From assembly GCA_024707015.1 (NCBI GenBank), contig JANGFR010000002.1, forward strand, positions 74,007-138,006: a stretch of 64,000 nt of DNA, written 5' to 3'. Every line of letters begins with the position of its first letter. Within the stretch, counting starts at the first letter, position 1. Source of the stretch: Candidatus Culexarchaeum yellowstonense. Lineage in GTDB: Archaea; Thermoproteota; Methanomethylicia; Culexarchaeales; Culexarchaeaceae. The notes under the pieces are model-generated. The model was not told where the DNA came from and searched no databases. It saw nothing but the letters and a program-made list of their open reading frames with translations. Of the stretch, positions 50,497 through 59,062 are shown in pieces. The position numbers and the translations under genes are program-made.

Positions 50497-50533
50497 ACCC
50501 ACACACCTGGCAAAATAAGATTATACTTGATTT

Positions 50534-50549
50534 CTTAAATAGTTTACCA
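50534..50549 (-). promoter_or_regulatory. candidate BRE/TATA promoter of the gcvH-hdrB-hydrogenase operon
   Basis: Minus strand reads ...GGTAAACTATTTAAG..., about 40 nt upstream of the gcvH ATG. Confidence 0.45.
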
Positions 50550-50580
50550 TAAGCCAGCAAAGTGAAATATAGGTTGATTT

Positions 50581-50587
50581 AAAAAAA
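50581..50587 (-). terminator. oligo-T (T7) terminator candidate after tfrA/frdA
   Basis: A7 on + strand 6 nt beyond the stop at 50594. Confidence 0.5.
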
Positions 50588-50593
50588 TGTGGT

Positions 50594-52270
50594 TTAAATT
50601 GGGAATATTGGTATGGCTTTGGATAGAACCTTTTCCCCTCTATATTCTGGTAGTAGCATTGGTGCACGCCTATCCTTTGGAGCGCCGATCTTCTCAAGCT
50701 CTTCAACATATCTTGGTATGTGATTCAATGTTAGCTTCCCTGGGCTAGCACCACTCTTAACATATTTTGCAGCTGAAATGCCAGCTCTCCTACCATAGAC
50801 TTGGGTGTCTAGCAGTGAGTTGCCCATAAGTCTATTCTTCCCATGAACCCCACTTGTAACCTCCCCAGCTGCGAAGAAACCTTCAATTATTCCATTGGCA
50901 TCTAAAACCTGTCCATACTTGTTTATACATACGCCGCCATTCATGTAGTGTAATGTTGGGAAGACGAGTATAGGCTCTTTTGTGACATCTATACCGAACC
51001 TTGCATACATCCTATATACTGAGGATAGATACCTCTTAGTGGCGCCTTCTCCTCTAACAATGTCCACCATTGGAGTATCAAGCCAAACCCCCCTAACCCC
51101 AGTCGGCGTAACTATACCCTTGTTTCTACCATAGCATTCCCTTATTATTGCCGCTGAGACAGCATCTCTAGTTTCGAGTGGATATACGAATTGTTCACCA
51201 TCAATGTTAACTAGCTGTGCACCCATGGATCTAACTTTCTCAGTTATGAGCAATCCAAGTATCTGATCTGGGTACGCTGCACCTGTTGGATGGTATTGTG
51301 TGGCGTCTAGATCCCTTAGCTTTGCCCCAACCCTATAAGCTAGGACTACTCCATCCATTGTGGCTCCATAGTGATTTGTGGTTGGGAAGTTTTGTATGTG
51401 TAGTCTACCATAACCTCCAGTGGCTAAGACTACGGCTTTAGCTCTAGCAACATAATACTCCTTTGTCTCCATATTCCATAGTATTGCACCTGTAACTCTA
51501 TTTCCAGAATCATCTGTTAGCAATTCTATTGCTGGAGAAAATTCCAGTATGCGTATCCCCCTATTCAATACTTCATCCATCAATACACGCATGATTTCAA
51601 GTCCAGTGTAATCTTTGCATGAGTGCATCCTATTCCTAGATGTACCTCCACCTGAAACTTCAATCATCGTTCCATCGGGCTCCTTATCGAACATGACGCC
51701 TAAATCTTCAAGCCACTTTATTATGAATGGGGCATCCCTGACAAGCTCCCTAACGAGCTCAGGGTCATTTGTGTACTGTCCACCACCCATAATGTCTAGG
51801 AAGTGTCTTGCAGGGCTATCATTCGGTCTATCTGCAGCCTGTATACCTCCTTGAGCCATCTTGGTATTTGCATCCCCAAACCTAAGCTTTGTGGCTATGA
51901 GAATGTTCTCTGCAGGTATACCCTCAATGTTAGCCCATAATGCTGCAGAAGCCCCTGCACCTCCACCTCCAATCACAAGTATATCTACATCGTAATCTAT
52001 CTTGCTCAAATCTATATCCTTTGGATCTATTAGTGGATAGGCTTCAATGAGGTTTGCAACTTCATGTGGAACCATTAATCCAGCACTTGGGCCAATCTTT
52101 ATAGGCCTCTTAGTCCCCTCCTTATAATCTGGATGCCAAGTTTTGAGGAGCTCCATCTTCTCATCTGGGCTAAGCCGTCTATACCTCTCCTTAAGCCTCC
52201 TCTCCCTAGTCTCCTCCACAATCTTAATGTATTCCCTCATGTAATCTGGATACCCAATCTTCTGAGACAT
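50594..52270 (-). CDS. fumarate reductase/succinate dehydrogenase flavoprotein, TfrA-like (non-covalent FAD)
   Basis: GGGGAG; ANTKMAQGG lacks the FAD-linking His; dicarboxylate-site motifs QYHPT, ITEKVR, ETRD, LHYMNGG, HGKNRLMGNSL; ~90-aa N-terminal extension. Confidence 0.88.
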   Translation of the reverse strand: MSQKIGYPDYMREYIKIVEETRERRLKERYRRLSPDEKMELLKTWHPDYKEGTKRPIKIGPSAGLMVPHEVANLIEAYPLIDPKDIDLSKIDYDVDILVIGGGGAGASAALWANIEGIPAENILIATKLRFGDANTKMAQGGIQAADRPNDSPARHFLDIMGGGQYTNDPELVRELVRDAPFIIKWLEDLGVMFDKEPDGTMIEVSGGGTSRNRMHSCKDYTGLEIMRVLMDEVLNRGIRILEFSPAIELLTDDSGNRVTGAILWNMETKEYYVARAKAVVLATGGYGRLHIQNFPTTNHYGATMDGVVLAYRVGAKLRDLDATQYHPTGAAYPDQILGLLITEKVRSMGAQLVNIDGEQFVYPLETRDAVSAAIIRECYGRNKGIVTPTGVRGVWLDTPMVDIVRGEGATKRYLSSVYRMYARFGIDVTKEPILVFPTLHYMNGGVCINKYGQVLDANGIIEGFFAAGEVTSGVHGKNRLMGNSLLDTQVYGRRAGISAAKYVKSGASPGKLTLNHIPRYVEELEKIGAPKDRRAPMLLPEYRGEKVLSKAIPIFPI

Positions 52271-52273
52271 AAC

Positions 52274-52981
52274 CTATCCCTCCGGACTTTCAATATCCCT
52301 ACTATCATACAACTTCTTCAGTTCAGCAGAGCTCATTTTAACCAGCTTATCAAGTTCCATATCAAATTTCCCCTCCTCTATCTCCTTAACCCTAATTTCA
52401 AGATGCTTGGCTTTTGGAGCCATATATTTGCCATAGAGCCTCCTAACCAACTGAAATACGTGATAATGGATTATTTCAGCTGGACATCTAATGCTACATA
52501 ATCCACATGAAATGCAGTCAAAGCATAACTCAGCGGCTTTGGCTATATCCCCCCTCTTAATCATCTGTATTGCATCCATAACCTGCAATTCCTGTGGGCA
52601 TGCCTTAGTACAAGAATTGCATGCAACACATCTAGCTACTTCGGGATATAATGCCAATACATTTGCACCTGTAGGCTTTAACTCCTCAATATTATACTTA
52701 ACCTTCTCCGCTGGTGCAAAGGGTATTTGAACAAGGTACATTCCATCTTGAACTGTTGTTTGGCATGCTAGAGCTGTGTAGAGCCTATAATCCCCCTTAA
52801 GCCTATATATCGTTGCACATGCACCGCAGAATCCACCCCTACAACCAGCACCCCTAATATACTGGTATCCAGCATACTCAACAGCCTTCATTATAGTTAT
52901 CCCAGCAGGAACTTCATACTCCTTACCCATAATGTATATTTTCACGGTCCTCTTAGGTTCAGTTTGACCCGCCATGTTCAT
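52274..52981 (-). CDS. FrdB/SdhB-like Fe-S subunit ([2Fe-2S] + 2x[4Fe-4S])
   Basis: GCRGGFCGAC...LACQ; CVACNSCTKACP; CISCGLCSIRCP. Confidence 0.88.
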   Translation of the reverse strand: MNMAGQTEPKRTVKIYIMGKEYEVPAGITIMKAVEYAGYQYIRGAGCRGGFCGACATIYRLKGDYRLYTALACQTTVQDGMYLVQIPFAPAEKVKYNIEELKPTGANVLALYPEVARCVACNSCTKACPQELQVMDAIQMIKRGDIAKAAELCFDCISCGLCSIRCPAEIIHYHVFQLVRRLYGKYMAPKAKHLEIRVKEIEEGKFDMELDKLVKMSSAELKKLYDSRDIESPEG

Positions 52982-53832
52982 CCACCACCAATTTTACTCT
53001 TAAAGATTGAAAGGGTTTCTTGGGATAGTTTTTCGTCGAGGCCCATGGCATAAGCCATCAACTCAGTGAAATATAGTGTTGGTATATTAAATTTGTTTCT
53101 AACGATATTTAAGTTGTAATGGCAAAGTGGACATGCAGTTATTATCATATCTGCACCCCACCTCCCAGCAGCCCTAACTATCTCCCCAACAGTCCTCTCA
53201 ACCATACTCCTATCATAAACCACATTATAAGAACCACAACACCTCTTCTCATATGGGAATTTAATGGGCTTAGCGCCTAAACTGGAGATCAAATCTGATA
53301 GTATGTGTGGATCTTCAGGGTCATCTATACCAATACCCCTTGGTCTAAGTAGTGAACAACTATAGAATGGTGCAACCTTTAATTTGCTTAAATCCCTCTT
53401 AACAGCCTCCCTAACCCTCTTTAAACCTATGATATTATCATCCAATATTATTTCAAGCACATGCTTAACATCCACACCACAATTATATCTAGGCTCATCA
53501 TCCATGTACTTACTTAGATTGTCAAGCTTCTCAGGATCACTTGTAACGATCTCATTAACCTTCTTCAATGTGCTATAACACATGGAGCATAGGGTTATAA
53601 GCCTATTATCCCCAACCTTACCCATAAACTCCTGAGCCCTTACAAGATCCCTCAGTGGAGCAACATGCTGCATAACTGCATCAGCAGAATACTCATACAT
53701 CACACCACAGCAATTCCATCTATCCAGCTCCACAAGCTCCACATCAAAAAGCTTCAAAACTGCAATGGCGGAATCCTCATAGCTTTTAGCGTAATCCTTA
53801 ACTGAGCAGCCAGGGTAATACATGAACTTCAA
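52978..53832 (-). CDS. hdrB: heterodisulfide reductase subunit B (second copy)
   Basis: YYPGC...WNCCG...CSMC and FYSC...CCG...CPLC CCG domains. Confidence 0.9.
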   Translation of the reverse strand: MKFMYYPGCSVKDYAKSYEDSAIAVLKLFDVELVELDRWNCCGVMYEYSADAVMQHVAPLRDLVRAQEFMGKVGDNRLITLCSMCYSTLKKVNEIVTSDPEKLDNLSKYMDDEPRYNCGVDVKHVLEIILDDNIIGLKRVREAVKRDLSKLKVAPFYSCSLLRPRGIGIDDPEDPHILSDLISSLGAKPIKFPYEKRCCGSYNVVYDRSMVERTVGEIVRAAGRWGADMIITACPLCHYNLNIVRNKFNIPTLYFTELMAYAMGLDEKLSQETLSIFKSKIGGG

Positions 53833-53838
53833 CCACGA

Positions 53839-54210
53839 TCACCCCGTAAGCTTCCTTGAAGCTGATATCAGAGCTATTTGAGGTAAATCCCCAAGCCCCT
53901 TAACCCTCCTCAAATCCACTGGATAAATGTTTTTACGTTGAACAATGGTTCTAAGGACATTTATCATTCTAGCTGGATCTATATCCCTCGGACACCTAAC
54001 ACTACAAGTATTACATGAAGCACAAACCCAAATGGTCTTGCAATTCAAAACCTCAGGCATATCGAGTTGAATCATCCTTATAACTTGATGTGGAGGAACA
54101 TCCATATCCTTAATCATTGGACAGCTACCACTACAAATACCACATTGAATACATAGGTATGGATTCTTCCCACTCAACTCATAAACAGTTTGAGGTAAAC
54201 CTCTAAACAT
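53839..54210 (-). CDS. hdrC: heterodisulfide reductase subunit C
   Basis: CIQCGICSGSCP and IWVCASCNTCSVRCPR motifs. Confidence 0.9.
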   Translation of the reverse strand: MFRGLPQTVYELSGKNPYLCIQCGICSGSCPMIKDMDVPPHQVIRMIQLDMPEVLNCKTIWVCASCNTCSVRCPRDIDPARMINVLRTIVQRKNIYPVDLRRVKGLGDLPQIALISASRKLTG

Positions 54211-54221
54211 GACTACACCCC

Positions 54222-56612
54222 CTAAACCTTAATCCTCCCCCTATCCTCAACACTCAATGGGCCAAGCTTCTCCACAATGGATACAAGATCACCTAAATCC
54301 TTCACAAGCCTCTCAGCCATATCGACGGCTATGGTGTCAAATTTAAGCCTCCTAGCATCAATCCTATATTTCCTCATCTGGGATCTAGCCTCCCTAATAA
54401 CATCGTTAATTACATCTAAAACTTTGGGATGATATGGCGATGCCCCCTCAAGGCAGTCTCCAATGAAAACTCCATCAGCACCATACTTGAATGCACTCAA
54501 TATTATTTTTGGTGTAAGTCTACTTGCACTTGGAACAGTTATAACCCTAACCCTATTATCATAGGTAAGCCTACTGGTACCTGCAAGATCTGCAGCCCTA
54601 TAAGTGCAGGAGTCATCGAAGAATGCTATAACTCTAATTTCACCATCCCTCTTACTCTTAAGAGCCCCCTCAATCTGGCTTAAAATTTGCTTCTCACTGT
54701 AATGCTTCAATTCAATAGCCCCCCTTGGGCAGTATGGTATGCAACTTCCACAACCAACACATAGAGCTTCACTAATATGCGCCTTACCATCCACCATACT
54801 TATAGCCCCCAGCGGACACTTATCAACACATACTCCACAACCATTACATAATTCAGCAATTACATAGGCTTTTATTGGCTCTATAAGTATCCTACCCTGA
54901 CTTATGAGTCTAAGAGTTCTCCCAGCAGCTGCACTGGCCTGAGCCACACTATCAGCTATATCCTTAGGTCCCTGTGCACACCCACATATGAAAACCCCCT
55001 CCCTAAGCGTATCCACAGGCCTATACTTCGGGTGAGCTTCAAGGAGGAATCCATCTGGACCTATATTCAACTTGAGCTTCTTAGCCAACTCCTCAACACC
55101 ACGTGATGGAACTAGACCCACAGATAAAACCACAAGATCAAATTCATCTTCAATAAATCTTCCAGTCAACGTATCTTCAGCCCTAACTATAACCCTACCA
55201 CTCACGGGATCCTCAATGACCTCACTAACCTTCCCCCTAACGAATTTAACACCCAAATCCTGTGCCCTCATATAGTATTCTTCAAACCCCTTACCATAAG
55301 CTCTAATATCAATGTAGAATAAGGTTATATCCCTAGTTACATCTTGCCTCTTCAACGTCATAGCCTGCTTAATAGTGTACATGCAACAAACCCTCGAACA
55401 TCCAGGTCTACCAATCTGCTCATCCCTAGAACCCACACAATGTATGAATGCAATCTTCCGGGCAAGTTGACCATCAGATAACCTAATAACCTTACCACCA
55501 GTTGGGCCTACTGGCATAACCATCCTCTCCAATTGTGGCGCTATTATAACATTCTTGTATACTCCGTAACCGTACTGTTTAAGTTTAGTTGCATCGAAGG
55601 GCTCATAGCCAGTGGCAACGATTATTGCATCCACAACAATATCCAATATCCTCTCCTTATCATCGAAGTTTATAGCCTTCTGTGGGCAAACCCTCTCACA
55701 AACCCTACATATCCCCTTAGTTAAGTATAGGCAGGATTTTGGGTCTATGAGATACTTGTATGGAACAGCCATTTCATGTGGAACGTATATTGCCCTCCTA
55801 TTCCTAAGGCCATAATTGAATTCATCTGGCGCAGATGCAGGGCATTTTGATGCACATATCCCACAAGCAACACATTTACTCATATCAACATATCTCGGTT
55901 TAACCTTAACCTTAACATGGAAATCACCCACACTCCCACTAACATCCTCAACTTCACTGTAAGTCAATAATGTAATGTTTGGATGATTATACACTGCAGC
56001 CATTTTTGGTGAGAGTATACAGAGGGAGCAGTCGTCAGTTGGGAATGTGTAGCTTAACTGAGCCATCCTACCCCCAATTGCGGGTTCCTTCTCAACCAAG
56101 TAAACTTTACAACCAGAATCAGCCAAATCCAATGCAGCCTGAATCCCAGCTATGCCAGCACCAATAACCATAACCCTATTCCCAACCTTAACCTCCCTCG
56201 CCTTCAGAGGTTCATTAAGATTAACTTTACCAATAGCAGCCATTATCTGATCAATGGCTCTTCTGGTAGCCCCATCTGGATCGTTGGAGTGAACCCATGA
56301 ATCCTGCTCCCTAATATTAACCATCTCAAACAAGTATGGGTTTAAACCAGAATCCTCGAGGAGCTTCATGAATGTTGGACCGTGAAATTTTGGGGAACAA
56401 GCTGCAATGATAACCCTATTCAAATTATATCGTTTAATATCCTCCCTAATCTCCCTCTGACCAGCCTCAGAACATACATGCTCATTATCCTTAACTAGAA
56501 CAACACCATCAACACCGCTAATGGCCTTCAAAACCTCATTTATCCTAACGACATTGGATATATTTCCACCACAATGACAAACATAGACACCAATCCTAGC
56601 ATCATTAGCCAT
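54222..56612 (-). CDS. hdrA: heterodisulfide reductase subunit A fused to a degenerate MvhD domain
   Basis: VCHCGGNI, AACSP, GAGIAG, FPTDDCSLC, inserted and C-terminal ferredoxins, CVGSRD..CSRVCC, DIRAYGKGFEEY; C-terminal AADLAGTSR...GADGV MvhD-like region. Confidence 0.93.
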   Translation of the reverse strand: MANDARIGVYVCHCGGNISNVVRINEVLKAISGVDGVVLVKDNEHVCSEAGQREIREDIKRYNLNRVIIAACSPKFHGPTFMKLLEDSGLNPYLFEMVNIREQDSWVHSNDPDGATRRAIDQIMAAIGKVNLNEPLKAREVKVGNRVMVIGAGIAGIQAALDLADSGCKVYLVEKEPAIGGRMAQLSYTFPTDDCSLCILSPKMAAVYNHPNITLLTYSEVEDVSGSVGDFHVKVKVKPRYVDMSKCVACGICASKCPASAPDEFNYGLRNRRAIYVPHEMAVPYKYLIDPKSCLYLTKGICRVCERVCPQKAINFDDKERILDIVVDAIIVATGYEPFDATKLKQYGYGVYKNVIIAPQLERMVMPVGPTGGKVIRLSDGQLARKIAFIHCVGSRDEQIGRPGCSRVCCMYTIKQAMTLKRQDVTRDITLFYIDIRAYGKGFEEYYMRAQDLGVKFVRGKVSEVIEDPVSGRVIVRAEDTLTGRFIEDEFDLVVLSVGLVPSRGVEELAKKLKLNIGPDGFLLEAHPKYRPVDTLREGVFICGCAQGPKDIADSVAQASAAAGRTLRLISQGRILIEPIKAYVIAELCNGCGVCVDKCPLGAISMVDGKAHISEALCVGCGSCIPYCPRGAIELKHYSEKQILSQIEGALKSKRDGEIRVIAFFDDSCTYRAADLAGTSRLTYDNRVRVITVPSASRLTPKIILSAFKYGADGVFIGDCLEGASPYHPKVLDVINDVIREARSQMRKYRIDARRLKFDTIAVDMAERLVKDLGDLVSIVEKLGPLSVEDRGRIKV

Positions 56613-56729
56613 GATCCCGCCACCAACATAGCAAGGGGAAACCTACTTAAACCAATATTCAACAATACAATTTATAAGTTTTGGTTGGGTAATGTGTGGG
56701 AAAACATTATCTATAGGCATTAAACCATA

Positions 56730-57227
56730 ATGAAGTGTGAATTTATGGAGGTAGCAATATTCGATTTAGATGGAGTAATAGCGAATGTAAGTGGGAGAAT
56801 TGAAAAAGCTCTAAGGGAGCTTGGCAAGGAAAACTTAAAGGAACTCTCAAGGAAAGATAGAAGGAGATTTTGGGAAATATTCCTAAACCCAGAACTACTG
56901 GAGCTGGATAAACCTAGAATGGATATTATAGATTACATGAGGAAGATTAAGGATAAGGGATTAAGGATAATCATAGTAACTGGAAGGACAATTAAACAGA
57001 AGAACGAAACTTTAAAGCAATTGAGCTCTTGGGGGGTTCCATACGATGAAATATACTTTAGGATGGCGGGGGACTTGAGGAAGGATTCCATCTACAAGAG
57101 GGAAGTGGTGAAGCTACTGCTAAGGAGGGGGTATAATATAGTGGAAGTGTGGGAGGATAGCGATGAAGTCATAAGAGAATTAAGAAAACTAATTCCAGAT
57201 GCGAAAATAGTAAAAGTTGAAAACTAA
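56730..57227 (+). CDS. HAD superfamily phosphatase
   Basis: FDLDG, VTGR, D.RKD..YK and WEDS motifs. Confidence 0.85.
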   Translation: MKCEFMEVAIFDLDGVIANVSGRIEKALRELGKENLKELSRKDRRRFWEIFLNPELLELDKPRMDIIDYMRKIKDKGLRIIIVTGRTIKQKNETLKQLSSWGVPYDEIYFRMAGDLRKDSIYKREVVKLLLRRGYNIVEVWEDSDEVIRELRKLIPDAKIVKVEN

Positions 57228-57237
57228 ATTATGATAT

Positions 57238-58314
57238 GTGGATGATAATATGGATATAATAAGGTTAGGGGATGTGGAAAAATATGTTTATGGTGGAGCA
57301 GTCCTAGGTGGAGGCGGTGGAGGAAGCATAGAGGAGGGGGTTAAAATAGGTAGACTTGCAACACAAATATCGCCAATAAAACTTTTGAATGTAGATGAAA
57401 TGCGTGCCGAAGAAAATTTAGTAACAATATCAATGGTGGGAGTACAATCAAAGGGGGTTATACTACCATACCACCACATACGCATAATAGAGCTCATGAA
57501 AATGTTCAATGTGAATGTTGATGGATTAATTGGAAGCGAATGTGGAGCCACAGCAGTAACACATGGATGGATACAAGCAGCAGTATATGGGAAACCTGTA
57601 ATAGACTGCCCATGTGATGGGAGGGCACACCCCACTGGGGTTATGGGTGCCATGGGGCTACATAAAATAAGGAACTATAGAACGGTGCAAGCAGCATGTG
57701 GAGGCGAAGAGAATTTGGAGATAATTGTTAGTGGCAGTATAGAGGCAACTAGCAGAATCATTAGGCAATTCTCCATGGAAGCTGGTGGATGCGTAGCTGT
57801 AGCAAGAAACCCAGTAAAAGTGGATTATGCAAAGAGGAATGGAGCTCCAGGAGCATTAAAACAAGCTTACAAAATAGGTGAAGCAATATTATCAGTGGAT
57901 AAACCTGAAGATAGAATTGAATCTGCAACGAAGACATTAAATGGGAAGATTATCTGTAGAGGTGAAGTTAGGGGGAAGAGAATGGAAGTTGAAGGTGGAT
58001 TCGATGTTGGATACATAGAAGTTGTGGATGAGGGAAATGAGCTATACAAAGTGGCATTCGTAAATGAATACATGAGTGTACATAAATGGGATGAAACAGT
58101 AACAACATTCCCAAACCTAATAAACGTATTCAGCCTAAAAACAGGGCTACCACTAAACTCAGCTGAAGTAAAACTTGAAGAACCAGTAGCCATAACAGTT
58201 GCAGATAAGAATGCAATAAAGATTGGTGAAGGATTAAGGGATAGAAAACTATATGAACCAATAAAAAGGATTATGAAGAATAAACTAAACTTAGAATTGG
58301 AATTCAAAATATAA
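57238..58314 (+). CDS. DUF917 family protein
   Basis: GGAVLGGGGGG, SECG, DCPCDGRAHPTG.MG, GFDVG and NEYM motifs. Confidence 0.85.
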   Translation: MDDNMDIIRLGDVEKYVYGGAVLGGGGGGSIEEGVKIGRLATQISPIKLLNVDEMRAEENLVTISMVGVQSKGVILPYHHIRIIELMKMFNVNVDGLIGSECGATAVTHGWIQAAVYGKPVIDCPCDGRAHPTGVMGAMGLHKIRNYRTVQAACGGEENLEIIVSGSIEATSRIIRQFSMEAGGCVAVARNPVKVDYAKRNGAPGALKQAYKIGEAILSVDKPEDRIESATKTLNGKIICRGEVRGKRMEVEGGFDVGYIEVVDEGNELYKVAFVNEYMSVHKWDETVTTFPNLINVFSLKTGLPLNSAEVKLEEPVAITVADKNAIKIGEGLRDRKLYEPIKRIMKNKLNLELEFKI

Positions 58315-58330
58315 TAAATTAAAAGAAGTT

Positions 58331-58337
58331 AAAAAAA
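58331..58337 (-). terminator. oligo-T (T7) terminator candidate after the four-gene membrane cluster
   Basis: A7 on + strand just past the stop at 58343. Confidence 0.45.
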
Positions 58338-58342
58338 TGGGT

Positions 58343-59062
58343 TTATTTTTTGACCTTCTTGTAGTAGTCGTATCCTAGTAGTGTGGCTAATAGTAGTAGT
58401 GCAACCCATGGGAAGAACATCTTGTTTTCAGGCGCATATGGAGGTATACCTAGTAAGAACTGTGCTCTACCAATGAACATGGACATTCTTGTTAGTACTG
58501 TGTATCCGTATGCTGAGCCGAAGCCTATCATCATGGCATATCTAGCAAACTTGTTAATAGGCTTCCAGAAGGCAGCTTCCTGCTTTAATGTGAAAGTGAA
58601 GTATAATAAGACGCAGATCACAATGGCGGCTGTAACTAGATTGTTGAATGCAGTCCAAGGATCCACACCAATGAAGGTCAATCCAGCTGTAGCGCTAACC
58701 TGTCTAATAAGCTGAGCAAAGACTATGGTTCTCAAAGCCAATCCGATACCAGTACCAACGACGACGGCCAATGCAATTCTGTAGAGCCAGAAGAATCTCT
58801 TAGAGAATCTGAAATACCATAATACACTTACGAGTAATGCAAGTATGAAAGCAGCTGTACCGCTGGTGGTCGTTGACCATGTGCCCTCCCATTGACTCCT
58901 CAGCCAATCCAAGGAGTATGCAATATCATATCCAGTGGCTGTTCCTATGAAGACGTATTCAGCTAATCTAGACCATGGATTCTCCTTGTATAGGAATGTG
59001 TAAACTGCAAGTGTGAAGAATACTCCGCAGAATGCTGCAAATAGTGTGGTTATGTCTGTCAT
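58343..59062 (-). CDS. uncharacterised polytopic membrane protein (cluster gene 4)
   Basis: About 7 TM helices; YTFLYKENPWSRLAEY.FIG and MIGFGS.YGYTV..R motifs; ATGA overlap. Confidence 0.8.
   Translation of the reverse strand: MTDITTLFAAFCGVFFTLAVYTFLYKENPWSRLAEYVFIGTATGYDIAYSLDWLRSQWEGTWSTTTSGTAAFILALLVSVLWYFRFSKRFFWLYRIALAVVVGTGIGLALRTIVFAQLIRQVSATAGLTFIGVDPWTAFNNLVTAAIVICVLLYFTFTLKQEAAFWKPINKFARYAMMIGFGSAYGYTVLTRMSMFIGRAQFLLGIPPYAPENKMFFPWVALLLLATLLGYDYYKKVKK

Noticed and set aside
50594..52270. L-aspartate oxidase NadB completing the nadAC pathway
   Set aside because: Co-encoded with an FrdB-like Fe-S subunit and hdr genes, 27 kb from nadAC; fumarate reductase-like is more parsimonious
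48465..56612. Evidence of methanogenesis
   Set aside because: Hdr genes are widespread in non-methanogens; no mcr, mtr or methyltransferase genes are in the window
48465..56612. Canonical sulfur-oxidising sHdr-LbpA cluster
   Set aside because: Gene order is not shdrC1B1AHC2B2, HdrA is full-length, and no tusA/dsrE/rhodanese is present
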